From the sequence record NC_133119.1: a stretch of 64,000 nucleotides of DNA, one strand, 5' to 3'. The position numbers were made by a program, and so were the translations under genes. The stretch is from Escherichia phage EscoHU1. Below the pieces are notes generated by a model. The model saw nothing but the letters and a program-made list of their open reading frames with translations, did not search any database and was not told the DNA's origin. Positions 24,821 to 34,707 of this stretch are shown here, in pieces; positions within the stretch are counted from its first letter, which is position 1, and each line of letters opens with the position of its first letter.

Positions 24821-26695
24821 ATGAATCGCAATGAAGAACTAAAGTATAAAGGAATGCAGTCCTTGATTAGAAACTGCAAAGAAATTATCGAAGGATCAGC
24901 AGATGAAGAGCTACTCTTTAATAATGCGAACAAACCAAGTGAACGTTTCCCTACACAAAGGGATATGCTTGCAGGGGAATTGAGTAAATATCTGATTCTG
25001 GAAGAAATGCCAATCCAGATTCGAAATGCTCACATGATTGGTGATATTCACTTCCATGATGCTGATTACGCTGCGTTAGGTATGACTAACTGTTGCCTGG
25101 TTGCTTTGGAAGATATGTTGAAGAATGGTATGAAGGTTGGTAATGCTGAAATCAGTACACCAAACTCTATTACTACTGCGGCTGCTATCACAGCTCAGAT
25201 TATCACTCAGGTTAGCTCCCATCAATATGGTGGTACTTCTGTAGACCGATTAGATGAAGTACTGGCTCCTTATGTTCGTAAGTCTTATGATAAGAATCAT
25301 GCGTTTGCAAAGCGTTGGACTAAGGATGAAGCCAAAGCATCTGTAATGGCTACGGAAATGACTGAGAAAGAAGTTTACGATGCCTGTCAAGGTCTAGAGT
25401 ATGAAATCAATACGATGTTCAACTCTAATGGTCAGAGTCCATTTATTACCTTTGGTTTTGGTCTAGGAACTTCCTGGGAAGCACGTCTTGTACAGAAAGC
25501 AATCTTAGAAGTGCGTATGGATGGTTTGGGTATCAATAAACGTACAGCTATCTTTCCTAAACTGGTATTTGTTTTGCGTGATGGCGTAAATATGAAACCT
25601 GGTGATGTTAACTATGATATCAAGAAGTTAGCTATGAAATGTACTGCTGAACGTATATATCCTGACTACATCAGTTATGATAAGGTTGTAGAAGTTACGG
25701 GAGACTACAAAGTCTCTATGGGCTGTCGTTCATTCCTGGCTGCTGCGGAAGATGGTGAAACTTCTGGTCGTAACAACTTAGGCGTTGTTTCCGTAAACCT
25801 TCCTCGAATCGCTATCGAAGCGGAAGGAAATATTGATATATTCTTCGATCTGCTTGAGCTGCGTGTGGATACCGCGTTAAAAGCATTGGAGTGGAGGGTT
25901 GATCGCTTAAAATACATTCAAGCTAAAGCTGCGCCCATCCTCTATATGTCAGGAGCCTTTGGATTACGTCTGGGGCCAGATGAATATGTATTTGATCATT
26001 TCTACAAGCGTGCTTCTGTATCTCTAGGATATATTGGTTGCCACGAAATGTTGCAGCTCATGTTTGGTAAAGATGTAGATACAATGTCTGAGTCTTGTAC
26101 CAAGTTCGTTCAACGTGTGCTACAATATATGCGTGATCGTGCTGATCAGAAGAAGGAAGAGACTCAACTAGGGTATAGTCTGTATGCTACACCATCTGAA
26201 TCTCTATGTGATCGCTTCTGTCGCCTAGACCGTGAGTATTTCCCAGAGCATGAAGATATTCTGGCTAAAGGATATTACACTAATTCCCATCACCTTGATG
26301 TGGAACGTAAGGTTGCTCCAAATGTGAAGTTTGATTATGAGTCTAACTTTACTCCTATTGCTTCTGGTGGGTGCATTTCCTATGTGGAATTACCGGATAT
26401 GAAACGATTCCCTGATGCACTGGAATGGGTTATTAACTATGCTGCAAGTAAAGTTCATTACTTCGGTATTAATACTCCAGTAGACTCTTGTGGGGAATGT
26501 GGGTTCTTGGGTGAAACTATAGCTTCTGAGGATGGTTTCAAATGCCCAATTTGTGGCAATCATGATCCTGAGACTCTTGAGGTAACTCGTCGAGTTTGTG
26601 GATATCTTGGAAATCCAGGTGCTCGTCCATTTAACCCAGGTAAACAACATGAGGTTATGGGTCGAGTGAAACATCAGGACATTCGCGCTAAATAA
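24821..26695 (+). CDS. nrdD: anaerobic ribonucleoside-triphosphate reductase (class III)
   Basis: 624 aa; C-terminal zinc ribbon CPICG and glycyl-radical motif RVCGYLG. Confidence 0.85.
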   Translation: MNRNEELKYKGMQSLIRNCKEIIEGSADEELLFNNANKPSERFPTQRDMLAGELSKYLILEEMPIQIRNAHMIGDIHFHDADYAALGMTNCCLVALEDMLKNGMKVGNAEISTPNSITTAAAITAQIITQVSSHQYGGTSVDRLDEVLAPYVRKSYDKNHAFAKRWTKDEAKASVMATEMTEKEVYDACQGLEYEINTMFNSNGQSPFITFGFGLGTSWEARLVQKAILEVRMDGLGINKRTAIFPKLVFVLRDGVNMKPGDVNYDIKKLAMKCTAERIYPDYISYDKVVEVTGDYKVSMGCRSFLAAAEDGETSGRNNLGVVSVNLPRIAIEAEGNIDIFFDLLELRVDTALKALEWRVDRLKYIQAKAAPILYMSGAFGLRLGPDEYVFDHFYKRASVSLGYIGCHEMLQLMFGKDVDTMSESCTKFVQRVLQYMRDRADQKKEETQLGYSLYATPSESLCDRFCRLDREYFPEHEDILAKGYYTNSHHLDVERKVAPNVKFDYESNFTPIASGGCISYVELPDMKRFPDALEWVINYAASKVHYFGINTPVDSCGECGFLGETIASEDGFKCPICGNHDPETLEVTRRVCGYLGNPGARPFNPGKQHEVMGRVKHQDIRAK

Positions 26696-26699
26696 TGAA

Positions 26700-26735
26700 T
26701 CAGCCAGGTTGCTAGTCGACCTGGCTTTTATTTTA
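26700..26735 (+). terminator. intrinsic terminator after nrdD
   Basis: Hairpin AGCCAGGT...ACCTGGCT followed by TTTTATTTTATTT. Confidence 0.6.
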
Positions 26736-26736
26736 T

Positions 26737-26765
26737 TTGCTTTCGAGCTAAAACTTATGTATAAT
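26737..26765 (+). promoter_or_regulatory. T5-type early promoter
   Basis: TTGCTT-17-TATAAT then ...TTTATAAATTTGAGAGGAG leader and ATG at 26794. Confidence 0.55.
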
Positions 26766-26793
26766 TGATTTATAAATTTGAGAGGAGAAAGCT

Positions 26794-27075
26794 ATGAGCG
26801 AATTGCTTCCGAAAGTAGATGTTTCCCATCTTGGAGAGCCTAGTGAAGAACGTAAGGCTCTAGATTGGTTGGGCGGATTTGATTATCGTCGTGTTGTTGC
26901 AACATGGAATGATAAGAAAGTTAAGAAGTTTCGGATACATTATGTAGGTAAAGACAAGTGGCTCTGGATTGATTATGAAGAATCGAAGGGGTCTACTAAG
27001 GCTGTGAAAATTTATCGTATGTATGGGTATTATTATGCTCACTGTGATAAGAATGAATTTACAGTACAGAACTAA
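26794..27075 (+). CDS. hypothetical protein
   Basis: 93 aa ORF with GAGAGGAG RBS. Confidence 0.5.
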   Translation: MSELLPKVDVSHLGEPSEERKALDWLGGFDYRRVVATWNDKKVKKFRIHYVGKDKWLWIDYEESKGSTKAVKIYRMYGYYYAHCDKNEFTVQN

Positions 27076-27084
27076 GGAACAAGA

Positions 27085-27288
27085 ATGAAAAACGTAAAAC
27101 ATCTTAAGTATCGCTTAATTTACAACGGACGTATGGAAACAGAAGATCTAGCTCAGCTAGCGATCAATTCAGATGAAGTTACAGTTCGTGCTTTGTCCAT
27201 CGAGAAGCTGCGTGCTTCTTACGAAAATCGTATTATGGAATTGGAGGAAAAACTTTATGGACTTCTTGAATCAGAATCTAAAAAGTAA
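27085..27288 (+). CDS. hypothetical protein
   Basis: 67 aa ORF, AAGGAACAAG RBS. Confidence 0.4.
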   Translation: MKNVKHLKYRLIYNGRMETEDLAQLAINSDEVTVRALSIEKLRASYENRIMELEEKLYGLLESESKK

Positions 27289-27451
27289 TTTAGAAAATAT
27301 GCTTATGGAGCAGTGGAATGCTGGGTATAATGCTGGAGTAGCTACCTGTATTGCTGGTTTGGATATGCTTATTAAGCAAGAGAAGGTTCGCCCAGAAGAA
27401 GCAATTCTGCTCCAAAATATCATCGAAGGATTCAAGCAAGGAATCGTATAA
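27257..27451 (+). CDS. hypothetical protein
   Basis: Internal ATG at 27257 with GGAGGA RBS; the longer track ORF from 27173 would overlap the previous gene. Confidence 0.4.
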   Translation: MDFLNQNLKSNLENMLMEQWNAGYNAGVATCIAGLDMLIKQEKVRPEEAILLQNIIEGFKQGIV

Positions 27452-28302
27452 TGCGTAGACTAATCGTTGTTAGTGGTGCAGGTTTGAGTGTAGATAGTGG
27501 TGTTCGTGCTTTCCGTACTGATACTGCTAGTGGGAAATCCTTGTGGGATGAGTACGATCTAGAGGAAGTATGTAGCTTGCCTAACTTTGAAGCTGGCTTC
27601 CGTCGCTTCTGTGGTGAAGATGACCCTAACTACTTCAGTGCTCGTTTCCCTGGCATTGATGAAGATGGTAACGATCTGTATCTCAAGACTCATGAGTTCT
27701 ACAACATGCGTCGTCAGGAATTACAGACTGTTGAGCCTAACATTGCCCATCTGCGAATTGCAGAATGGTTCCAGCGTTATGGTGCGGATAGCGTGAAGAA
27801 CTTCACTACTAACGTTGATGACCTTCTGGAACGTGCTGGTATCCCTCGTGATGAAATCATTCACGCTCACGGGTACTTGAAAGAGGTGATCTATCGTCAG
27901 GGTCGCAACCAAATCATCGAAGATGTTGGGTATACTGCGATTGCCCCTGAGGATTACGAATGGGTAAAACCAAACGTAACATTCTTTGGTGAGACGGCTC
28001 CGTGGTATATGGGTCAGATTAACCTGTTTGATACACTTACTAGCAATGATATGGTTATTGTAGTAGGTTGTAGCAACCAAGTAATCGACTTCAACTGGGA
28101 GCTATTTCCTGCTGTATGTCGTGGAACTAAGATGATGGTTGTTAACCCACAAGTTCGTTATGACGAACAGCTTGAGTATGAGAAACGTGGTGTTACTGTA
28201 TGGCGTGCTGGAGCTGCCGAAGTTTTTGGTAACAAACAATTCATTGGCCAAGTTGAAGCTTTTATGGAAGGAACTATTTATGCACCAGAAAAGCATAGGT
28301 GA
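27451..28302 (+). CDS. Sir2-family (sirtuin-like) NAD-dependent protein
   Basis: GAGLSVDSGVRAFRT (sirtuin NAD-binding motif), catalytic-type HG (IIHAHGY), FFGE block; no Zn-ribbon cysteines. Confidence 0.55.
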   Translation: MRRLIVVSGAGLSVDSGVRAFRTDTASGKSLWDEYDLEEVCSLPNFEAGFRRFCGEDDPNYFSARFPGIDEDGNDLYLKTHEFYNMRRQELQTVEPNIAHLRIAEWFQRYGADSVKNFTTNVDDLLERAGIPRDEIIHAHGYLKEVIYRQGRNQIIEDVGYTAIAPEDYEWVKPNVTFFGETAPWYMGQINLFDTLTSNDMVIVVGCSNQVIDFNWELFPAVCRGTKMMVVNPQVRYDEQLEYEKRGVTVWRAGAAEVFGNKQFIGQVEAFMEGTIYAPEKHR

Positions 28303-28442
28303 TCTTTTAGTATGGCCGGACGGTAGTTGGTGCTACCGTTTCGAATTTGCTACCGATGACTTCTCATGGAAGAGTGATGATTTCTGTGTTATCTACGAAG
28401 ATACAGCAGAATGGAAAGAATTCCTGATTAAGGAGGGAGAAT

Positions 28443-28628
28443 ATGGTGAAGAAGATTTTTAAGGGTATCTGGAAAGGTCTAGTATGGTTTGTCAACCTAA
28501 TTGGTGTGATTACCATTTATTCTCTGTTCCTATCTGTTATATGGGGTAAAGGTGAACTGAAGGTTCCAGTTCCTTTTACTGATGAAGTTAAAGTCTGGAC
28601 GTGGGATGCTACTGGTGGAAATAAGTAA
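28443..28628 (+). CDS. small membrane protein
   Basis: 61 aa ORF with one hydrophobic helix (WFVNLIGVITIYSLFLSVIW), GGAG RBS. Confidence 0.4.
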   Translation: MVKKIFKGIWKGLVWFVNLIGVITIYSLFLSVIWGKGELKVPVPFTDEVKVWTWDATGGNK

Positions 28629-29121
28629 TACTCCTGTGATTTTCCTGGATATTGATGGGGTGCTCAATTCGAGCATCTCTCACCATCATGCCCCAGATAA
28701 TGAAAAGCTGTTCTTTGGCAGTGATTGGGTTTATAAACCATTACTCCAGGCTTTTCAGAACTTCCTTAAACCTTCTCCAATAATGATTGTTGGGGTATCT
28801 TCATGGTTTTCTGTACGAAACGAGATGGAGAACGTTCAGATTATGACCGGGCTCGGTTTGATCGATCGTTTCCTTGGTACAACAGATTTTACTGGAGGTG
28901 GTTTATCTCGAGGTAATTCTGTCTTACGTTTCGTAGAAAAACATAAGCTCAAGCATTGGTGCGTCCTAGATGATGCTGGTGCTATGATGTACCAATTTCC
29001 TACTGTTATTGTAAATGGCAGGACTGGAATAAACCTTCAAGATTTAAATGCTATCAGCTATATGCTGGAATTTAGTCCAGATCTTGAAATGTGTAAGGCT
29101 CTTCAGAAACTTAAGGTATAA
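28606..29121 (+). CDS. HAD-superfamily hydrolase-like protein
   Basis: FLDIDGVLN (HAD motif I DxDG) and VLDDAG; start at internal ATG 28606. Confidence 0.45.
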   Translation: MLLVEISNTPVIFLDIDGVLNSSISHHHAPDNEKLFFGSDWVYKPLLQAFQNFLKPSPIMIVGVSSWFSVRNEMENVQIMTGLGLIDRFLGTTDFTGGGLSRGNSVLRFVEKHKLKHWCVLDDAGAMMYQFPTVIVNGRTGINLQDLNAISYMLEFSPDLEMCKALQKLKV

Positions 29122-29159
29122 GCATGTTCAATAATATTTTCATGAAAGAGGTAAATCCT

Positions 29160-29552
29160 ATGCTTCTCAACTTCTGGTGCTCTCTCCCTAATGGTATGTA
29201 TAATGAAACCATCAATCTGCTCAAGATTTGGTGTGAGAATAACGATATCTTCTTATCCTTTAAAGGCCCGCTAGAGGAAGCTCCGTGTATTGGAGTTAGC
29301 GTGGATTTAGGGGAGGGAGTAGAAGAGATTGTAGACTGGAAAGAACTCGATGAAATGGGTCTGGTTTTTGCCTTGAACCATAAGCTGTTTATGCCTGCAA
29401 ATCACCGTCTTATTGTAAATTATCGCACTGGTGAAGCTCCTGCTTTCCAGGTAAATGAACGTGAGGGCTGGTCATATTCGCCCGAGGAAGTAAATGAGGG
29501 GATTCAGAAACTTCGTCGTTTCGGATATATGATCCCAGGTTTAACTGCTTAA
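29160..29552 (+). CDS. hypothetical protein, paralog A of a tandem pair
   Basis: AAGAGG RBS then ATG 29160; C-terminal half aligns with next gene (W.EL..MGL..ALN...F.P......TGE.P...V....W.Y.......L.R.G...PGL). Confidence 0.5.
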   Translation: MLLNFWCSLPNGMYNETINLLKIWCENNDIFLSFKGPLEEAPCIGVSVDLGEGVEEIVDWKELDEMGLVFALNHKLFMPANHRLIVNYRTGEAPAFQVNEREGWSYSPEEVNEGIQKLRRFGYMIPGLTA

Positions 29553-29561
29553 GGAGGCAGA

Positions 29562-29957
29562 ATGGAACAAGTATTTTGGCGTCAGATAGATCCTAGTTTG
29601 GTAGAGCGTGCTGAGGGGCTCCTTGCACGTTGGTTGGGGGTTGACAAGGTTAGTGTAACATTTCCGTTTACTTCTGTAACAGACCCTAGTGTAGGTGTCT
29701 TTGTGGACGAAAATGAAGATGATGGTTGGGAAGCTGACTGGAATGAATTGTCCAGCATGGGCTTGATTGTTGCCCTCAACTTCTCTATATTCCATCCACG
29801 TGGCTTAGCCATTACACGTGACCCCGAAACTGGTGAATCCCCTTATCTTTTGCAAGTAGAAGATGATATTTGGGAGTACACCGAAGATATTCTCGAAGAA
29901 GCTAAAGGTCAATTAAATCGCATTGGAATCTATGTCCCAGGCCTAAATGATGATTGA
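29562..29957 (+). CDS. hypothetical protein, paralog B of a tandem pair
   Basis: 131 aa; clear similarity to the preceding ORF; AAGGAGG RBS. Confidence 0.5.
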   Translation: MEQVFWRQIDPSLVERAEGLLARWLGVDKVSVTFPFTSVTDPSVGVFVDENEDDGWEADWNELSSMGLIVALNFSIFHPRGLAITRDPETGESPYLLQVEDDIWEYTEDILEEAKGQLNRIGIYVPGLNDD

Positions 29958-30048
29958 TTTTCATTAGCTCAATCCTGATTACCGAGTCAAAATGACTCGG
30001 TTTTCTCTGTGCTCAAGGACACTGATAGCACCTTCGGAAAAATTTTAC

Positions 30049-30077
30049 TTGCAGGATGCTCAAAATCTTGATATAAT
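30049..30077 (+). promoter_or_regulatory. T5-type promoter (TTGCAG-17-TATAAT) heading a long leader
   Basis: Same cassette architecture as other early promoters; no ORF for about 490 nt downstream. Confidence 0.45.
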
Positions 30078-30573
30078 ATTTATATTGAATTGAGAGACAT
30101 TAGTAAAAATTGATTTTGCTAATTTTTCTTGTTTACAATCCGCAATACGGAACAGTTAGGCTGCCCCATTAAGGGTTGTTTTAACTATTACTAGTGTTTA
30201 TACTGCATTAGTTAATTATCAATTAAGTGATCTGCGTACCCTGAATTCGGAAAGGTAAATCCAAACCGTGCATATTTAGCTCGTTATATAGGCAGAGTTT
30301 TATATGGGGGTGCGAACGAAAAGAGCAGCGAATGGTGACACGTCCAGTAGCCACCTACCAATAGGATAGTGAGGGCAATCAGAATCGGCTTAGCGGCCAA
30401 TGACCTAGGTTCTGATCTGGATAAGAGTTAAGAGAGCGCAGCACTGAGGTATGATAACTTATTCATACTGCTTGATGATGATTAATGTTTGTGTAAATGG
30501 TAGTAATAGTTGTTCTATTCTTCTGAATAGTCCTAAAGAAAGATATCCGAATAACCAACATAGGAGTATTGTT
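30078..30573 (+). other. long ORF-free 5' leader, candidate structured RNA or replication-associated element
   Basis: About 500 nt between promoter and the GTG start at 30574; GC-elevated core at about 30150-30450. Confidence 0.3.
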
Positions 30574-33363
30574 GTGTTCTCAATCCTACAAGGTCACGCA
30601 GGATTTTCCAGAGATAAAGCCACTGGCATCTGGAAAGAGATCAAAGTGGAAGATTACACCTTTGCAAAGCGATTCTCTAAAGAGCATCCAGAAGGTAAAC
30701 CAGCTTCCATGCCCTTCAAATTTGATGTACTTGAAGAACTTGACCCGCAAAACCTTGCTGAAATGTTACCTATCATGCGTCGTCTTACCAAAGACCCGCA
30801 TATTGTAGCTATTCGTGGTAAATGTTTAGCCCCAAAAGATAATGTGCGTCGTACCAGGGGAAACTTTAACGTATCCAATCCTAGTCATATTATTGCTATG
30901 GACGTGGATGGTATTGTAGATACTGGTGGTTATGACAAGTTTAATCTTGTTGGCATGGCACGTCATATTATTAAGATGTTGAATAGTATTAGCGAGGATA
31001 TGTTTCCTCTTGATGCAGGGTTTATTGCCCATGCATCGTCTTCGGCTGGATTAAAACCAGGTATCCGAATGCACTTAATGCTAGAATCTAATGTCAAGGT
31101 AACGCAGGGACAGTTAAAGTTCTTATTTACATCTATCAATGACAGTAGTAAGCAAAAGTATGGCTTTGATATTGCTGACTTAGCTTATTATTCTTCTGTT
31201 CAGCTTCACTATTTTGCAGATCCCTTATTTGATGATGGTATAGTCGATCCGTTTAAAGCGGAGAATAAACCACGTCTTGTATATGTTAAGGGTTCGAAGG
31301 TGAATCTACCTAATAACCTAGTTGACTTTGAAACAACTAGAGGTGAGTTTAAAGAAGAGTTCTACTCCTTACTTGATCAAATTAAAGGCAAGAAGGCTGC
31401 ATCTGATAAAGTGGAAGAAACCATCAGCGAACTAGAAGAAGCTGAGGATGGAGTGTACCTGCGTATTATCCCAAAACTTTATCACAGAGCGTTAGAAGAT
31501 GGTGTTGACTTTACGTGGTTAGAACGTGAGATTAAACCAGCTTTATCTGAGTATATTGCGACTAAAGATAATAGTCGTAATATTCAAGATTACTTTAATA
31601 ACGGTCGTAAGCAGGCTCTCAAAGCCTTTGTAAATAACTCCAAACGTGAGATTCCACCAAACTTAAAAGGTGTACCATTAAAACGTCTAGACACAGATTC
31701 TCCACCAGAAGTTCCGTACCTGAAAATTAACATTGTACCCCCAAAAGGACATTTAACATTTGTTAAGGCAAGTCTTGGTACGGGTAAAACTACAGCAGTA
31801 ACTAAGTGGCTAGATGCAGGTGTTCTTCCAGGAAACTTTATTGCAATCACAAATACTAGGGCACTTGTATCTTCTAACGCGAAGAAATTCGGTGCTGGTC
31901 AGTATGATAAGTCAGTTGATATGCTGAACTTCAAACGTGGTGCCATTGATCGTATGTCTTCAACTATTCACTCTATCCATAAGTTCAAGAGCTTTGTGGG
32001 TCAGATTGATACGATCTTTATTGATGAATGTGACGCAGTAATGAATGATCTGTTATTCGCTCCGGTTGTTAAAAACCGTCGTGAATGTATTCAGGTTCTT
32101 CGTGATATCCTTATTACTGCTAAAACTGTTATCTTATCCGATGGTGATATCAGTGCAGAAACGATTGAAGCCTATGGTTCTTTGATTGATTTTGATAAAC
32201 CAGTCGCATTTTATAATCACCACCGTAAAATGCTGGCGAAAGCTCATGCTTATGAATTCCCTGATGAATCCAGTATTTGGGTTGCACTTCAAACATCTTT
32301 AGAGATGGGGGAGAAATCAATCCTAGTATCTGACTGTGGCCCGGATGAACTGAATGAGAAGGGAATGGCATTACGTCGTAATACTGGTGCGTTAGTTAAA
32401 GAAATTCACTCAAACTCTACGTCTGATGTAGATATCCGACGTATTCTGGATTATACAACTAATGAGCTAATTGATCAACAGATTGATTGTTTATTATGTA
32501 GTCCATCTGTAACGAGTGGTGTTGACTTTAACTATTTTGATAACGTATTCGTAATCACTAGAACCTCAAACCAAGCGCCAAACATGCGTTTTCAAGCAAT
32601 CAGGCGCGACCGTGGTGCTCAGAACATTTATTATTTTATTGATAAATCTACGAGTGGATTCTCTGCGGGTTCCGAGCAATATAATATTGACGAGGGTTGG
32701 ATTGAGTTAGCTCAGCAACTGTACGCACGCCGTCGTGAGCTGGAATCTAGAAACTATACCAGTACTTTGCGTTATTATCTTCTCGATCAAGGTGCAACTA
32801 TTGATATCTTCAGTGAAAGCTGGGGGACTATCGAAGGTGCAGGCAAAGAGTATACAGAAGAGCGAATCAAAGCTATTCTGCACTCAACTCCTGAATATTG
32901 CGCACCACGTCATGCAGATGCCTATGAAGCCAAGTTACTTCTGGTTCGCTATTATCATCTGGATTCTATTAAAGATGTAACAGTGGAACACGTTGAACAG
33001 TATATCAAGGATAAACCGAATGATAGAGCTGCATTTTTCCATAAGATGCACGAGATGTTCTGGGAAGATATCAAGAAGTGTTCAAACGTAACAATCAAAC
33101 CTTTTATTGAAGCTCTTAAGAATAAGAAGAAGGATTTCTTCCTTAAGACAGGTCAGAGTGCTAACCCAAAATATGCTCGTATGTATCTTGGCATGATGGG
33201 TATCGGTAAAGATCTGGATACGGAAAAGATTGTGGACTGGTACAGAACTTACTGTAAGATCGAATGTATGCCGATTCCAGTTAAGTTTATGACAGATGAA
33301 GAACGTCAGATGCATGAGGAAGCTCTTGCTGAATTGGGAGCTAGAAATGACAGTGAAGAATAA
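30574..33363 (+). CDS. large P-loop NTPase, putative replication initiation / origin-binding helicase-like protein
   Basis: GTG start with AGGAG RBS; N-terminal primase-like region (IIAMDVDGIV), Walker A GTGKTT, Walker B-like IFIDECD. Confidence 0.45.
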   Translation: MFSILQGHAGFSRDKATGIWKEIKVEDYTFAKRFSKEHPEGKPASMPFKFDVLEELDPQNLAEMLPIMRRLTKDPHIVAIRGKCLAPKDNVRRTRGNFNVSNPSHIIAMDVDGIVDTGGYDKFNLVGMARHIIKMLNSISEDMFPLDAGFIAHASSSAGLKPGIRMHLMLESNVKVTQGQLKFLFTSINDSSKQKYGFDIADLAYYSSVQLHYFADPLFDDGIVDPFKAENKPRLVYVKGSKVNLPNNLVDFETTRGEFKEEFYSLLDQIKGKKAASDKVEETISELEEAEDGVYLRIIPKLYHRALEDGVDFTWLEREIKPALSEYIATKDNSRNIQDYFNNGRKQALKAFVNNSKREIPPNLKGVPLKRLDTDSPPEVPYLKINIVPPKGHLTFVKASLGTGKTTAVTKWLDAGVLPGNFIAITNTRALVSSNAKKFGAGQYDKSVDMLNFKRGAIDRMSSTIHSIHKFKSFVGQIDTIFIDECDAVMNDLLFAPVVKNRRECIQVLRDILITAKTVILSDGDISAETIEAYGSLIDFDKPVAFYNHHRKMLAKAHAYEFPDESSIWVALQTSLEMGEKSILVSDCGPDELNEKGMALRRNTGALVKEIHSNSTSDVDIRRILDYTTNELIDQQIDCLLCSPSVTSGVDFNYFDNVFVITRTSNQAPNMRFQAIRRDRGAQNIYYFIDKSTSGFSAGSEQYNIDEGWIELAQQLYARRRELESRNYTSTLRYYLLDQGATIDIFSESWGTIEGAGKEYTEERIKAILHSTPEYCAPRHADAYEAKLLLVRYYHLDSIKDVTVEHVEQYIKDKPNDRAAFFHKMHEMFWEDIKKCSNVTIKPFIEALKNKKKDFFLKTGQSANPKYARMYLGMMGIGKDLDTEKIVDWYRTYCKIECMPIPVKFMTDEERQMHEEALAELGARNDSEE

Positions 33364-33580
33364 AAAGTGGGAGACAAGGAAGTTTCCCGTAAAAGAACGT
33401 AAAACTTCTGTTTACGATACTGCGGAGAAACTATGTAGGGTTGTACCACCTCGTCTCGCTGGTATCCCTAATGTCTCCATATGGTTACTTAAACAACGGA
33501 AGACTCGTGTGTCTCTTCGCATTGGCTTTGAGTTAGATAAAGTCTATGCTGAGCTTGCTTCTTTGCTCAAAGAATCGTAA
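33348..33580 (+). CDS. hypothetical protein
   Basis: Internal ATG overlapping end of previous gene; 77 aa basic protein. Confidence 0.35.
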
Positions 33581-33588
33581 AAATTTAT

Positions 33589-33617
33589 TTGCTTTCAGGA
33601 AAAATTTTCTGTATAAT
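33589..33617 (+). promoter_or_regulatory. T5-type early promoter
   Basis: TTGCTT-17-TATAAT then ...ATTCATAAATTTGAGAGAGGAG and ATG 33649. Confidence 0.55.
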
Positions 33618-33648
33618 AGATTCATAAATTTGAGAGAGGAGTTTAAAT

Positions 33649-34353
33649 ATGGCTGGTTCTCGTAGAAAGAAACTTATTCATGAAATCCCTGATGAAACCT
33701 TTAAAAAGGTTATTGAACATCTGGAGAATGGTGGTACTAAGAAAGCAGCATGTGAAATGCTCGGTGTTTCTTCTAACCCAACTATGGAACGAATGATCGA
33801 AGAATGGAGAGATCGTCAGGTTCAGGTTGCGGAAATGAAAAAGAAGAAGCGCGGAACACTGATTGAAGGTGTTGAGCTTGCAAACGTAATTGAACAGTAT
33901 CTTTCTGGTGATTCTTTTGAAGAAATCGCCGATCGTAACTATCGTTCTGTAGCGATGATTAAATCTGTTCTGGAACGTTATGGTGCTCTGCTTCGCTTAA
34001 ACGATATTGTTGATCCATTGAATCCTCCGTTGATTCCTGATGATGCAATGGCAGAAGAATTTGAAGTTGGTGAACTTGTTTGGGTTCCTGGCTACCAGTG
34101 TATTGGTGAAATCAAGAAAGCAATGACTAATCCAGTTGGTTGTTATCGTGTTTGGTTGTTATCAGAAGGTAAACAACAGAACGTTCACTATATGCACTAC
34201 GAATTAGCTTCTGTTAAACATCTGGAAAAGCTGGGAGTTGATGTTAAAGCTCTAGGCTTTAAGTGGAGTCGTGAAGAAGTTATCACATTGGTTAATGAAG
34301 CTGTTAAAGCTGCCTTGAAACTCGATAAAGAGAAAGGAAAACGCCGTGAGTAA
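33649..34353 (+). CDS. putative DNA-binding protein (helix-turn-helix)
   Basis: 234 aa; N-terminal HTH-like segment (GGTKKAACEMLGVSSNPTMERM). Confidence 0.45.
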   Translation: MAGSRRKKLIHEIPDETFKKVIEHLENGGTKKAACEMLGVSSNPTMERMIEEWRDRQVQVAEMKKKKRGTLIEGVELANVIEQYLSGDSFEEIADRNYRSVAMIKSVLERYGALLRLNDIVDPLNPPLIPDDAMAEEFEVGELVWVPGYQCIGEIKKAMTNPVGCYRVWLLSEGKQQNVHYMHYELASVKHLEKLGVDVKALGFKWSREEVITLVNEAVKAALKLDKEKGKRRE

Positions 34354-34600
34354 ACTAACTGATCTGTTAAAAGCTGGAGACGTAAAATATCTCCAGCGAG
34401 ATAGCTGGGAAAATAATGCCTATTCTACCACTATTATCAAAGTAGATGTTGATAATAATGACATCATAGAATTTACTTGGTGGTGGTCTAAAGATGGGCG
34501 TACTAAACTCACGCTAGACGATGCATCGTGGAAAACCACTGAGCTAACTCTAGACGAAGCTCTGGCCGACGATTGGGAGATCGTTGAACTAGATGTGTAG
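34346..34600 (+). CDS. hypothetical protein
   Basis: 84 aa ORF overlapping previous stop. Confidence 0.45.
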   Translation: MSKLTDLLKAGDVKYLQRDSWENNAYSTTIIKVDVDNNDIIEFTWWWSKDGRTKLTLDDASWKTTELTLDEALADDWEIVELDV

Positions 34601-34620
34601 CAGTTACTGAAAAATTTCAG

Positions 34621-34649
34621 TTGCTTAATCCTGTAATTCTTGATATAAT
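34621..34649 (+). promoter_or_regulatory. T5-type early promoter
   Basis: TTGCTT-17-TATAAT. Confidence 0.55.
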
Positions 34650-34707
34650 ATTCTCATAGTTTGAAAGAACTATTCTGTTTAATTCTTAATTAAGGAAATC
34701 GAAAAAT

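Noticed and set aside
28139-28462. 107-aa plus-strand ORF, and a shorter ATG-started version at about 28280
   Set aside because: Largely overlaps the 3' end of the Sir2-like gene in another frame; only the short non-overlapping tail could be coding, and the evidence is too weak to call.
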